Assembly: GCA_964016885.1 (NCBI GenBank)
Contig: OZ024741.1
Span: forward strand, 209,126,001 to 209,190,000
Direction: 5' to 3'
Origin: Eledone cirrhosa
Taxonomy: Eukaryota
DNA: 64,000 nt
Shown: positions 49,501 through 64,000 of the stretch, in pieces
Layout: each line of letters opens with the position of its first letter
How positions within the stretch are numbered: the first letter of the stretch is position 1
Notes under the pieces: model-generated
Databases searched by the model: none
Told to the model about the DNA's origin: nothing
Seen by the model: the letters and a program-made list of their open reading frames with translations, nothing else
Translations under genes and position numbers: made by a program

Positions 49501-52500
49501 CAATTTTTTTCTAGTTTTTGAAATTTTTCGAAAAACCTAAAATAATCAATTTTTTTCTACTTTCCGATATCTTTAAAAAATTGATCAAAAACCTAAAATA
49601 TTCAATTTTTAGAAAAACCTAAAATAATCAATTTTTTTCTACTTTTTGATATTTTTCGAAAAACCTAAAATAATCAATTTTTTTCTACTTTTTGAAATTT
49701 TTCGAAAAACCTAAAATAATCAATTTTTTTCTACTTTTTGAAATTTTTCGAAAAACCTAAAATAATCAATTTTTTTCTACTTTTCGATATCTTTCAAAAA
49801 TTGATTTTTTTGATCAAAAACCTAAAATATTCTATTTTTCGAAAAACCTAAAATAATCGATTTTTTTCTACTTTTCGATATATTTAAAAAATTGATTTTT
49901 TTGATCAAAAACCTAAAATATTCAATTTTTCAAAATACCTAAAATAATCAATTTTTTTCTACTTTTCGATGATTTTAAAAAATTGATTTTTTTTATCAAA
50001 AACCTAAAATATTCTATTTTTCAAAAAACCTAAAATAATCAATTTTTTCTAGTTTTTAAAATTTTTCGAAAAACCTAAAATAATCAATTTTTTTCTACTT
50101 TTCGATATTCTTAGAAAATTGATTTTTTTGATCAAAAACCTAAAATATTCAATTTTTCAAAAAACCTAAAATAATCAATTTTTTTCTACTTTTCGATATC
50201 TTTCTAAAAACCTAAAATAATCAATTTTTTTCTACTTTCCGATATCTTTAAAAAATTGATCAAAAATCTAAAATATTCAATTTTTCAAAAAACCTAAAAT
50301 AATCAATTTTTTTCTACTTTTCGAAATTTTTCGAAAAACCTAAAATAATCAATTTTTTTCTACTTTTCGATAACTTTAAAAAATTGATCAAAGACCTAAA
50401 ATATTCAATTTTTTTCTACTTTTCGAAATCTTTCGAAAAACCTAAAATAATCAATTTTTTTCTACTTTCCGATATCTTTAAAAAATTGATCAAAAATCTA
50501 AAATATTCAATTTTTCAAAAAACCTAAAATAATCAATTTTTTTCTACTTTTCGAAATTTTTCGAAAAACCTAAAATAATCAATTTTTTTCTACTTTTCGA
50601 TAACTTTCAAAAATTGATCAAAAACCTAAAATATTCAATTTTTCAAAAAACCTAAAATAATCGATTTTTTTCTACTTTTCGATACCTTTAAAAAATTGAT
50701 CAAAAACCTAAAATATTCAATTTTTCGAAAAACCTAAAATAATCAATTTTTTTCTACTTTTCGATACCTTTCAAAAATTGATTTTTTTGATCAAAAACCT
50801 AAAATATTCTATTTTTCGAAAAACCTAAAATAATCAATTTTTTTCTACTTTTCGATAACTTTAAAAAATTGATCAAAAACCTAAAATATTCAATTTTTCA
50901 AAAAACCTAAGATAATCAATTTTTTTCTACTTTTCGATATCTTTCGAAAAACCTAAAATAATCAAGTTTTTTCTACTTTTCGATACTCCTAAAAAATTGA
51001 TCAAAAACCTAAAATATTCAATTTTTCAAAAAACCTAAAATAATCAATTTTTTTCTACTTTTTCGAAACTTTTCGAAAAACCTAAAATAATCAATTTTTT
51101 TCTACTTTTCGATAACTTTCAAAAATTGATTTTTTTGATCAAAAACCTAAAATATTCAATTTTTTTCTACTTTTCGATAGTTTTAAAAAATTTATTTTTT
51201 TGATCAAAAACCTAAAATATTCAATTTTTCGAAAAACCTAAAATAATCAATTTTTTTCTACTTTTTGAAATTTTTCGAAAAACCTAAAATAATCAATTTT
51301 TTTCTACTTTTTGAAATTTTTCGAAAAACCTAAAATAATCAATTTTTTTCTACTTTTTGAAATTTTTCGAAAAACCTAAAATAATCAATTTTTTTCTACT
51401 TTTCGATATTCTTAAAAAATTGATTTTTTTGATCAAAAACCTAAAATATTCAATTTTTCAAAAAACCTAAAATAATCAATTTTTTTCTACTTTTTGAAAT
51501 TTTTCGAAAAACCTAAAATAATCAATTTTTTTCTACTTTTTGAAATATTTCGAAAAACCTAAAATAATCAATTTTTTTCTACTTTTTGAAATTTTTCGAA
51601 AAACCTAAAATAATCAATTTTTTTCTACTTTTCGATACCTTTAAAAAATTGATCAAAAACCTAAAATATTCAATTTTTCAAAAAAACCTAAAATAATCAA
51701 TTTTTTTCTACTTTTCGATATCTTTAAAAAATTGATCAAAAACCTAAAATATTCAATTTTTTAAAAAACCTAAAATAATCGATTTCTTTCTACTTTTCGA
51801 TAGTATTAAAAAATTTATTTTTTTGATCAAAAACCTAAAATATTCAATTTTTCAAAAAACCTAAAATAATCAATTTTTTTCTACTTTTTGAAATATTTCG
51901 AAAAACCTAAAATAATCAATTTTTTTCTACTTTTCGATATCTTTCAAAAATTGATTTTTTTGATCAAAAACCTAAAATATTCAATTTTTCAAAATACCTA
52001 AAATAATCAATTTTTTTCTACTTCTCGATGTTTTTAAAAAATTGATTTTTTTTATCAAGAACCTAAAATATTCTATTTTTCAAAAAACCTAAAATAATCA
52101 ATTTTTTTCTAGTTTTTGAAATTTTTCGAAAAACCTAAAATAATCAATTTTTTTCTACTTTCCGATATCTTTAAAAAATTGATCAAAAACCTAAAATATT
52201 CAATTTTTAGAAAAACCTAAAATAATCAATTTTTTTCTACTTTTTGATATTTTTCGAAAAACCTAAAATAATCAATTTTTTTCTACTTTTTGAAATTTTT
52301 CGAAAAACCTAAAATAATCAATTTTTTTCTACTTTTTGAAATTTTTCGAAAAACCTAAAATAATCAATTTTTTTCTACTTTTCGATATCTTTCAAAAATT
52401 GATTTTTTTGATCAAAAACCTAAAATATTCTATTTTTCGAAAAACCTAAAATAATCGATTTTTTTCTACTTTTCGATATATTTAAAAAATTGATTTTTTT

Positions 52501-55500
52501 GATCAAAAACCTAAAATATTCAATTTTTCAAAATACCTAAAATAATCAATTTTTTTCTACTTTTCGATGATTTTAAAAAATTGATTTTTTTTATCAAAAA
52601 CCTAAAATATTCTATTTTTCAAAAAACCTAAAATAATCAATTTTTTTCTAGTTTTTAAAATTTTTCGAAAAACCTAAAATAATCAATTTTTTTCTACTTT
52701 TCGATATTCTTAGAAAATTGATTTTTTTGATCAAAAACCTAAAATATTCAATTTTTCAAAAAACCTAAAATAATCAATTTTTTTCTACTTTTCGATATCT
52801 TTCTAAAAACCTAAAATAATCAATTTTTTTCTACTTTCCGATATCTTTAAAAAATTGATCAAAAATCTAAAATATTCAATTTTTCAAAAAACCTAAAATA
52901 ATCAATTTTTTTCTACTTTTCGAAATTTTTCGAAAAACCTAAAATAATCAATTTTTTTCTACTTTTCGATAACTTTAAAAAATTGATCAAAGACCTAAAA
53001 TATTCAATTTTTTTCTACTTTTCGAAATCTTTCGAAAAACCTAAAATAATCAATTTTTTTCTACTTTCCGATATCTTTAAAAAATTGATCAAAAATCTAA
53101 AATATTCAATTTTTCAAAAAACCTAAAATAATCAATTTTTTTCTACTTTTCGAAATTTTTCGAAAAACCTAAAATAATCAATTTTTTTCTACTTTTCGAT
53201 AACTTTCAAAAATTGATCAAAAACCTAAAATATTCAATTTTTCAAAAAACCTAAAATAATCGATTTTTTTCTACTTTTCGATACCTTTAAAAAATTGATC
53301 AAAAACCTAAAATATTCAATTTTTCGAAAAACCTAAAATAATCAATTTTTTTCTACTTTTCGATACCTTTCAAAAATTGATTTTTTTGATCAAAAACCTA
53401 AAATATTGTATTTTTCGAAAAACCTAAAATAATCGATTTTTTTCTACTTTTCGATTTTTTTAAAAAATTGATTTTTTTGATCAAAAACCTAAAATATTCT
53501 ATTTTTCGAAAAACCTAAAATTATCAATTTTTTTCTACTTTTCGAAACTTTTCGAAAAACCTAAAATAATCAATTTTTTTCTACTTTTCGATACCCTTAA
53601 AAAATTGATTTTTTTGATCAAAAACCTAAAATATTCTATTTTTCGAAAAACCTAAAATAATCGATTTTTTTCTACTTTTCGATAATTCTAAAAAATTGAT
53701 TTTTTTGATCAAAAACCTAAAATATTCAATTTTTCAAAAAACCTAAAATAATCAATTTTTTTCTACTTTTCGATATCTTGAAAAAATTGATCAAAAACCT
53801 AAAATATTCAATTTTTCAAAAAACCTAAAATAATCGATTTTTTTCTACTTTTCGATAGTTTTAAAAAATTTATTTTTTTGATCAAAAACCTAAAATATTC
53901 AATTTTTCAAAAAACCTAAAATAATCAATTTTTTTCTACTTTTTGAAATTTTTCGAAAAACCTAGAATTATCAATTTTTTTCTACTTTTCGAAATTTTTC
54001 GAAAAACCTAAAATAATCAATTTTTTTCTACTTTTCGATATTCTTAAAAAATTGATTTTTTTTATCAAAAACCTAAAATATTCAATTTTTCAAAATACCT
54101 AAAATAATCAATTTTTTTCTACTTTTCGATGTTTTTAAAAAATTGATTTTTTTTATCAAAAACCTAAAATATTCTATTTTTCAAAAAACCTAAAATAATC
54201 AATTTTTTTCTAGTTTTTGAAATATTTCGAAAAACCTAAAATAATCAATTTTTTTCTACTTTTCGATAATTTTAAAAGATTGATTTTTTTGATCAAAAAC
54301 CTAAAATATTCTATTTTTCGAAAAACCTAAAATAATCAATTTTTTTCTACTTTTCGAAATCTTTCGAAAAACCTAAAATAATCAATTTTTTTCTACTTTC
54401 CGATATCTTTAAAAAATTGATCAAAAACCTAAAATATTCAATTTTTCAAAAAACCTAAAATAATCGATTTTTTTCTACTTTTCGACATCTTTAAAAAATT
54501 GATCAAAAACCTAAAATATTCAATTTTTCGAAAAACCTAAAATAATCAATTTTTCTCTACTTTTTGATATTTTTCGAAAAACCTAAAATAATCAATTTTT
54601 TTCTACTTTTTGAAATTTTTCGAAAAACCTAAAATAATCAATTTTTTTCTACTTTTCGATATCTTTCAAAAATTGATTTTTTTGATCAAAAACCTAAAAT
54701 ATTCTATTTTTCGAAAAACCTAAAATAATCGATTTTTTTCTACTTTTCGATATATTTAAAAAATTGATTTTTTTGATCAAAAACCTAAAATATTCAATTT
54801 TTCAAAATACCTAAAATAATCAATTTTTTTCTACTTTTCGATGTTCTTAAAAAATTGATTTTTTTTATCAAAAACCTAAAATATTCTATTTTTCAAAAAA
54901 CCTAAAATAATCAATTTTTTTCTAGTTTTTGAAATTTTTCGAAAAACCTAAAATAATCAATTTTTTTCTACTTTTCGATATTCTTAGAAAATTGATTTTT
55001 TTTGATCAAAAACCTAAAATATTCAATTTTTCAAAAAACCTAAAATAATCAATTTTTTTCTACTTTTCGATATCTTTCGAAAAACCTAAAATAATCAATT
55101 TTTTTCTACTTTTCGAAATTTTTCGAAAAACCTAAAATAATCAATTTTTTTCTACTTTTCGATAACTTTAAAAAATTGATCAAAGACCTAAAATATTCAA
55201 TTTTTTTCTACTTTTCGAAATCTTTCGAAAAACCTAAAATAATCAATTTTTTTCTACTTTTCGATATCTTTCAAAAATTGATCAAAAACCTAAAATATTC
55301 AATTTTTCAAAAAACCTAAAATAATCGATTTTTTTCTACTTTTCGATACCTTTAAAAAATTGATCAAAAACCTAAAATATTCAATTTTTCGAAAAACCTA
55401 AAATAATCGATTTTTTTCTACTTTTCGATTTTTTTAAAAAATTGATTTTTTTGATCAAAAACCTAAAATATTCTATTTTTCGAAAAACCTAAAATTATCA

Positions 55501-58500
55501 ATTTTTTTCTACTTTTCGAAACTTTTCGAAAAACCTAAAATAATCAATTTTTTTCTACTTTTCGATATTCTTAAAAAATTGATTTTTTTGATCAAAAACC
55601 TAAAATATTCTATTTTTAGAAAAACCTAAAATAATCGATTTTTTTCTACTTTTCGATATATTTAAAAAATTGATTTTTTTGATCAAAAACCTAAAATATT
55701 CAATTTTTCAAAATACCTAAAATAATCAATTTTTTTCTACTTTTCGATGTTCTTAAAAAATTGATTTTTTTTATCAAAAACCTAAAATATTCTATTTTTC
55801 AAAAAACCTAAAATAATCGATTTTTTTCTACTTTTCGATAGTTTTAAAAAATTTATTTTTTTGATCAAAAACCTAAAATATTCAATTTTTCAAAAAACCT
55901 AAAATAATCAATTTTTTTCTACTTTTCGATAGTTTTAAAAAATTTATTTTTTTGATCAAAAACCTAAAATATTCAATTTTTCAAAAAACCTAAAATAATC
56001 AATTTTTTTCTACTTTTTGAAATTGTTCGAAAAACCTAAAATAATCAATTTTTCTCTACTTTTCGATATCTTTAAAAAATTGATTTTTTTGATCAAAAAC
56101 CTAAAATATTCAATTTTTCAAATAACCTAAAATAATCAATTTTTTTCTACTTTTCGAAGTTTTTCGAAAAACCTAAAATAATCAATTTTTTTCTACTTTT
56201 CGATAATCTTAAAAAATTGATTTTTTTGATCAAAAACCTAAAATATTCTATTTTTCGAAAAACCTAAAATAATCGATTTTTTTCTACTTTTCGATAATAT
56301 TAAAAAATTGATTTTTTTGATCAAAAACCTAAAATATTCAATTTTTCAAAAAACCTAAAATAATCAATTTTTTTCTACTTTTCGATATCTTTAAAAAATT
56401 GATCAAAAACCTAAAATATTCAATTTTTCAAAAAACCTAAAATAATCGATTTTTTTCTACTTTTCGATAGTTTTAAAAAATTTATTTTTTTGATCAAAAA
56501 CCTAAAATATTCAATTTTTCAAAAAACCTAAAATAATCAATTTTTTTCTACTTTTTGAAATTTTTCGAAAAACCTAAAATAATCAATTTTTCTCTACTTT
56601 TCGATATCTTTAAAAAATTGATTTTTTTGATCAAAAACCTAAAATATTCAATTTTTCAAAAAACCTAAAATAATCAATTTTTCTCTACTTTTCGATATCT
56701 TTAAAAAATTGATTTTTTTGATCAAAAACCTAAAATATTCTATTTTTCGAAAAACCTAAAATAATCGATTTTTTTCTACTTTTCGATAATTTTAAAAAAT
56801 TGATTTTTTTGATCAAAAACCTAAAATATTCAATTTTTCAAAAAACCTAAAATAATCAATTTTTTTCTACTTTTCGATATATTTAAAAAATTGATCAAAA
56901 ACCTAAAATATTCAATTTTTCAAAAAACCTAAAATAATCGATTTTTTTCTACTTTTCGATAGTTTTAAAAAATTTATTTTTTTGATCAAAAACCTAAAAT
57001 ATTCAATTTTTCAAAAAACCTAAAATAATCAATTTTTTTCTACTTTTTGAAATATTTCGAAAAACCTAAAATAATCAATTTTTCTCTACTTTTCGATATC
57101 TTTAAAAAATTGATTTTTTTGATCAAAAACCTAAAATATTCAATTTTTCAAAAAACCTAAAATAATCAATTTTTTTCTAGTTTTCGAAATTTTTCGAAAA
57201 ACCTAAAATAATCAATTTTTTTCTACTTTTCGATATTCTTAAAAAATTGATTTTTTTGATCAAAAACCTAAAATATTCTATTTTTCGAAAAACCTAAAAT
57301 AATCGATTTTTTTCTACTTTTCGATAGTTTTAAAAAATTGATTTTTTTGATCAAAAACCTAAAATATTCAATTTTTCAAAAAACCTAAAATAATCAATTT
57401 TTTTCTAGTTTTCGAAATTTTTCGAAAAACCTAAAATAATCAATTTTTTTCTACTTTTCGATATTCTTAAAAAATTGATTTTTTTGATCAAAAACCTAAA
57501 ATATTCTATTTTTAGAAAAACCTAAAATAATCGATTTTTTTCTACTTTTCGATATCTTTAAAAAATTGATTTTTTTGATCAAAAACCTAAAATATTCAAT
57601 TTTTCAAAAAACCTAAAATAATCAATTTTTTTCTACTTTTCGATATATTTAAAAAATTGATCAAAAACCTAAAATATTCAATTTTTCAAAAAACCTAAAA
57701 TAATCGATTTTTTTCTACTTTTCGATAGTTTTAAAAAATTTATTTTTTTGATCAAAAACCTAAAATATTCAATTTTTCAAAAAACCTAAAATAATCAATT
57801 TTTTTCTACTTTTTGAAATTTTTCGAAAAACCTAAAATAATCAATTTTTCTCTACTTTTCGATATCTTTAAAAAATTGATTTTTTTGATCAAAAACCTAA
57901 AATATTCAATTTTTCAAAAAACCTAAAATAATCAATTTTTTTCTAGTTTTCGAAATTTTTCGAAAAACCTAAAATAATCAATTTTTTTCTACTTTTCGAT
58001 ATTCTTAAAAAATTGATTTTTTTGATCAAAAACCTAAAATATTCTATTTTTCTAAAAACCTAAAATAATCGATTTTTTTCTACTTTTCGATAGTTTTAAA
58101 AAATTGATTTTTTTGATCAAAAACCTAAAATATTCAATTTTTCAAAAAACCTAAAATAATCAATTTTTTTCTAGTTTTCGAAATTTTTCGAAAAACCTAA
58201 AATAATCAATTTTTTTCTACTTTTCGATATTCTTAAAAAATTGATTTTTTTGATCAAAAACCTAAAATATTCTATTTTTAGAAAAACCTAAAATAATCGA
58301 TTTTTTTCTACTTTTCGATATCTTTAAAAAATTGATTTTTTTGATCAAAAACCTAAAATATTCAATTTTTCAAAAAACCTAAAATAATCAATTTTTTTCT
58401 TCTTTTCGAAATTTCTCGAAAAACCTAAAATAATCAATTTTTTTCTACTTTTCGATAATTTTAAAAGATTGATTTTTTTGATCAAAAACCTAAAATATTC

Positions 58501-61500
58501 TATTTTTCGAAAAACCTAAAATAATCAATTTTTCTCTACTTTTCGATATCTTTAAAAAATTGATTTTTTTGATCAAAAACCTAAAATATTCAATTTTTCA
58601 AAAAACCTAAAATAATCAATTTTTCTCTACTTTTCGATATCTTTAAAAAATTGATTTTTTTGATCAAAAACCTAAAATATTCTATTTTTCGAAAAACCTA
58701 AAATAATCGATTTTTTTCTACTTTTCGATAATTTTAAAAAATTGATTTTTTTGATCAAAAACCTAAAATATTCAATTTTTCAAAAAACCTAAAATAATCA
58801 ATTTTTTTCTACTTTTCGATATATTTAAAAAATTGATCAAAAACCTAAAATATTCAATTTTTCAAAAAACCTAAAATAATCGATTTTTTTCTACTTTTCG
58901 ATAGTTTTAAAAAATTTATTTTTTTGATCAAAAACCTAAAATATTCAATTTTTCAAAAAACCTAAAATAATCAATTTTTTTCTACTTTTTGAAATTTTTC
59001 GAAAAACCTAAAATAATCAATTTTTCTCTACTTTTCGATATCTTTAAAAAATTGATTTTTTTGATCAAAAACCTAAAATATTCAATTTTTCAAAAAACCT
59101 AAAATAATCAATTTTTTTCTAGTTTTCGAAATTTTTCGAAAAACCTAAAATAATCAATTTTTTTCTACTTTTCGATATTCTTAAAAAATTGATTTTTTTG
59201 ATCAAAAACCTAAAATATTCTATTTTTCGAAAAACCTAAAATAATCGATTTTTTTCTACTTTTCGATAGTTTTAAAAAATTGATTTTTTTGATCAAAAAC
59301 CTAAAATATTCAATTTTTCAAAAAACCTAAAATAATCAATTTTTTTCTAGTTTTCGAAATTTTTCGAAAAACCTAAAATAATCAATTTTTTTCTACTTTT
59401 CGATATTCTTAAAAAATTGATTTTTTTGATCAAAAACATAAAATATTCTATTTTTAGAAAAACCTAAAATAATCGATTTTTTTCTACTTTTCGATAGTTT
59501 TAAAAAATTGATTTTTTTGATCAAAAACCTAAAATATTCAATTTTTCAAAAAACCTAAAATAATCAATTTTTTTCTAGTTTTCGAAATTTTTCGAAAAAC
59601 CTAAAATAATCAATTTTTTTCTACTTTTCGATATTCTTAAAAAATTGATTTTTTTGATCAAAAACCTAAAATATTCTATTTTTAGAAAAACCTAAAATAA
59701 TCGATTTTTTTCTACTTTTCGATATCTTTAAAAAATTGATTTTTTTGATCAAAAACCTAAAATATTCAATTTTTCAAAAAACCTAAAATAATCAATTTTT
59801 TTCTACTTTTCGAAATTTCTCGAAAAACCTAAAATAATCAATTTTTTTCTACTTTTCGATAATTTTAAAAGATTGATTTTTTTCATCAAAAACCTAAAAT
59901 ATTCTATTTTTCGAAAAACCTAAAATAATCGATTTTTTTCTACTTTTCGATTTTTTTAAAAAATTGATTTTTTTTTATCAAAAACCTAAAATATTCTATT
60001 TTTCGAAAAACCTAAAATAATCAATTTTTTTCTACTTTTTGAAATTTTTCGAAAAACCTAAAATTATCAATTTTTTTCTACTTTTCGAAATCTTTCGAAA
60101 AACCTAAAATAATCAATTTTTTTCTACTTTTCGATATTCTTAAAAAATTGATTTTTTTTGATCAAAAACCTAAAATATTCTATTTTTCGAAAAACCTAAA
60201 ATAATCGATTTTTTTCTACTTTTCGATATCTTTAAAAAATTGATTTTTTTGATCAAAAACCTAAAATATTCAATTTTTCGAAAAACCTAAAATAATCAAT
60301 TTTTTTCTACTTTTTGAAATTTTTCGAAAAACCTAAAATAATCAATTTTTTTCTACTTTTTGAAATTTTTCAAAAAACCTAAAATAATCAATTTTTTTCT
60401 ACTTTTTGAAATTTTTCGAAAAACCTAAAATAATCAATTTTTTTCTACTTTTCGATATCTTTAAAAAATTGATCAAAAACCTAAAATATTCAATTTTTCA
60501 AAAAACCTAAAATAATCAATTTTTTTCTACTTTTCGAAATTTTTCGAAAAACCTAAAATAATCAATTTTTTTCTACTTTTCGATATTCTTAAAAAATTGA
60601 TTTTTTTGATCAAAAACCTAAAATATTCTATTTTTAGAAAAACCTAAAATAATCGATTTTTTTCTACTTTTCGATATCTTTAAAAAATTGATTTTTTTGA
60701 TCAAATACCTAAAATATTCAATTTTTCAAAAAACCTAAAATAATCAATTTTTTTCTACTTTTCGATATCTTTCGAAAAACCTAAAATAATCAATTTTTTT
60801 CTACTTTTCGATATTCTTAAAAAATTGATTTTTTTGATCAAAAACCTAAAATATTCTATTTTTCAAAAAACCTAAAATAATCAATTTTTTTCTAGTTTTT
60901 GAAATTTTTCGAAAAACCTAAAATAATCAATTTTTTTCTACTTTTCGATATTCTTAGAAAATTGATTTTATTGATAAAAAACCTAAAATATTCTATTTTT
61001 CGAAAAACCTAAAATAATCGATTTTTTTCTACTTTTCGATATCTTTAAAAAATTGATTTTTTTGATCAAAAACCTAAAATATTCAATTTTTCAATAAACC
61101 TAAAATAATCAATTTTTTTCTACTTTTCGATACCTTTCGAAAAACCTAAAATAATCAATTTTTTTCTACTTTTCGATATCCTTAAAAAATTGATCAAAAA
61201 TCTAAAATATTCAATTTTTCAAAAAACCTAAAATAATCAATTTTTTTCTACTTTTCGAAATTCTTCGAAAAACCTAAAATAATCAATTTTTTTCTACTTT
61301 ACGATAACTTTAAAAAATTGATCAAAAACCTAAAATATTCAATTTCTTTCTACTTTTCGAAATCTTTCGAAAAACCTAAAATAATCAATTATTTTCTACT
61401 TTTCGATATCTTTCAAAAATTGATTTTTTGGATCAAAAACCTAAAATATTCTATTTTTCGAAAAACCAAAAATAATCGATTTTTTTCTACTTTTCGATAT

Positions 61501-64000
61501 CTTTAAAAAATTGATCAAAAACCTAAAATATTCAATTTTTCAAAAAACCTAAAATAATCGATTTTTTTCTACTTTTCGATATCTTTAAAAAATTGATCAA
61601 AAACCTAAAATATTCAATTTTTCGAAAAACCTAAAATAATCAATTTTTTTCTACTTTTCGATATTCTTAAAAAATTGATTTTTTTGATCAAAAACCTAAA
61701 ATATTCTATTTTTCGAAAAACCTAAAATAATCGATTTTTTTCTACTTTTCGATAGTTTTAAAAAATTTATTTTTTTGATCAAAAACCTAAAATATTCAAT
61801 TTTTCAAAAAACCTAAAATAATCAATTTTTTTCTACTTTTTGAAATTTTTCGAAAAACCTAAAATAATCAATTTTTCTCTACTTTTCGATATCTTTAAAA
61901 AATTGATTTTTTTGATCAAAAACCTAAAATATTCAATTTTTCAAAAAACCTAAAATAATCAATTTTTTTCTACTTTTCGAAATTTTTCGAAAAACCTAAA
62001 ATAATCAATTTTTTTCTACTTTTCGATATTCTTAAAAAATTGATTTTTTTGATCAAAAACCTAAAATATTCAATTTTTCGAAAAACCTAAAATAATCAAT
62101 TTTTTTCTACTTTTCGATATCTTTAAAAAATTGATCAAAAACCTAAAATATTCAATTTTTCAAAAAACCTAAAATAATCGATTTTTTTCTACTTTTCGAT
62201 ATCTTTAAAAAATTGATCAAAAACCTAAAATATTCAATTTTTCGAAAAACCTAAAATAATCAATTTTTTTCTACTTTTCGAAATATTTCAAAAATTGATT
62301 TTTTTGATCAAAAACCTAAAATATTCTATTTTTCGAAAAACCTAAAATAATCGATTTTTTTCTACTTTTCGATATCTTTAAAAAATTGATCAAAAACCTA
62401 AAATATTCAATTTTTCGAAAAACCTAAAATAATCAATTTTTTTCTACTTTTCGATACCTTTAAAAAATTGATCAAAAACCTAAAATATTCAATTTTTCAA
62501 AAAACCTAAAATAATCGATTTTTTTCTACTTTTCGATATATTTAAAAAATTGATCAAAAACCTAAAATATTCAATTTTTCGAAAAACCTAAAATAATCAA
62601 TTTTTTTCTACTTTTCGATATTCTTAAAAAATTGATTTTTTTGATCAAAAACCTAAAATATTCAATTTTTCAAAAAACCTAAAATAATCAATTTTTTTCT
62701 ACTTTTTGAAATTTTTCGAAAAACCTAAAATAATCAATTTTTCTCTACTTTTCGATATCTTTAAAAAATTGATTTTTTTGATCAAAAACCTAAAATATTC
62801 AATTTTTCAAAAAACCTAAAATAATCAATTTTTTTCTACTTTTCGATATCTTTCGAAAAACCTAAAATAATCAATTTATTTCTACTTTTCGATAATTTTA
62901 AAAAATTGATCAAAAACCTAAAATATTCAATTTTTCAAAAAACTTAAAATAATCAATTTTTTTCTACTTTTCGAAATATCTCGAAAAACCTAAAATAATC
63001 AATCTTTTTCTACTTTTCGATAATTTTAAAAGATTGATTTTTTTGATCAAAAACCTAAAATATTCTATTTTTCGAAAAACCTAAAATAATCAATTTTTTT
63101 CTACTTTTTGAAATTTTTCGAAAAACCTAAAATAATCAATTTTTTTCTACTTTTCGATATTCTTAAAAAATTGATTTTTTTAATCAAAAACCTAAAATAT
63201 TCTATTTTTCGAAAAACCTAAAATAATCGATTTTTTTCTACTTTTCGATATCTTTAAAAAATTGATTTTTTTGATCAAAAACCTAAAATATTCAATTTTT
63301 CGAAAAACCTAAAATAATCAATTTTTTTCTACTTTTTGAAATTTTTCGAAAAACCTAAAATAATCAATTTTTTTCTACTTTTTGAAATATTTCGAAAAAC
63401 CTAAAATAATCAATTTTTTTCTACTTTTCGATATCTTTCGAAAAACCTAAAATAATCAATTTTTTTCTACTTTTCGATATTCTTAAAAAATTGATTTTTT
63501 TGATCAAAAACCTAAAATATTCTATTTTTAGAAAAACCTAAAATAATCGATTTTTTTCTACTTTTCGATATCTTTAAAAAATTGATTTTTTTGATCAAAA
63601 ACCTAAAATATTCAATTTTTCAAAAAACCTAAAATAATCAATTTTTTTCTACTTTTCGATATCTTTCGAAAAACCTAAAATAATCAATTTTTTTCTACTT
63701 TTCGATATTCTTAAAAAATTGATTTTTTTGATCAAAAACCTAAAATATTCTATTTTTCAAAAAACCTAAAATAATCAATTTTTTTCTAGTTTTTGAAATT
63801 TTTCGAAAAACCTAAAATAATCAATTTTTTTCTACTTTTCGATATTCTTAGAAAATTGATTTTTTTGATAAAAAACCTAAAATATTCTATTTTTCGAAAA
63901 ACCTAAAATAATCGATTTTTTTCTACTTTTCGATATCTTTAAAAAATTGATTTTTTTGATCAAAAACCTAAAATATTCAATTTTTCAAAAAACCTAAAAT
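40554..64000. repeat. AT-rich modular satellite (monomers of about 46, 82 and 91 bp) with a strand switch near 47174
   Basis: Modules AAAAGTAGAAAAAAATTGATTATTTTAGGTTTTTCG and AAAAATTGAATATTTTAGGTTTTTGATC up to 47173; their reverse complements thereafter. Confidence 0.97.

Noticed and set aside
61318-61506. 62-aa ORF
   Set aside because: Chance open frame within the AT-rich satellite.
40554-64000. TTAGG within the satellite as telomeric repeat
   Set aside because: Never tandem; always embedded as TTTTAGGTTTTT in a longer monomer.

Overview
Eukaryotic, repeat-dominated window with no intact host gene I can support. The SINE family resembles that of octopod cephalopods, recognised from memory and not searched. 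Layout: (i) a 42-bp satellite at 1-7630, which accounts for the two giant spurious ORFs; (ii) about 33 kb of decayed transposons; (iii) after a 200-N gap, an AT-rich satellite at 40554-64000 that switches strand at about 47174. The transposon block contains a dense Penelope-like element (PLE) cluster at 11.2-17.0 kb, with two GIY-YIG endonuclease remnants missed by the ORF track, one RT remnant and two fold-back pLTR structures. It also holds two tandem R4/Dong-type RLE LINEs, a Helitron with a tandem non-autonomous partner, RTE fragments, tRNA-derived SINEs and MITEs. The most notable signals are RNA structures: three type-I minimal hammerhead ribozymes on the minus strand (two paralogous, with a conserved extended stem II), a degenerate fourth core, and a predicted pseudoknot just 5' of the PLE RT start codon. 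Two local templated insertions also stand out. I cannot show a wholly new system; the ribozyme and structured-RNA PLE cluster is the best lead.
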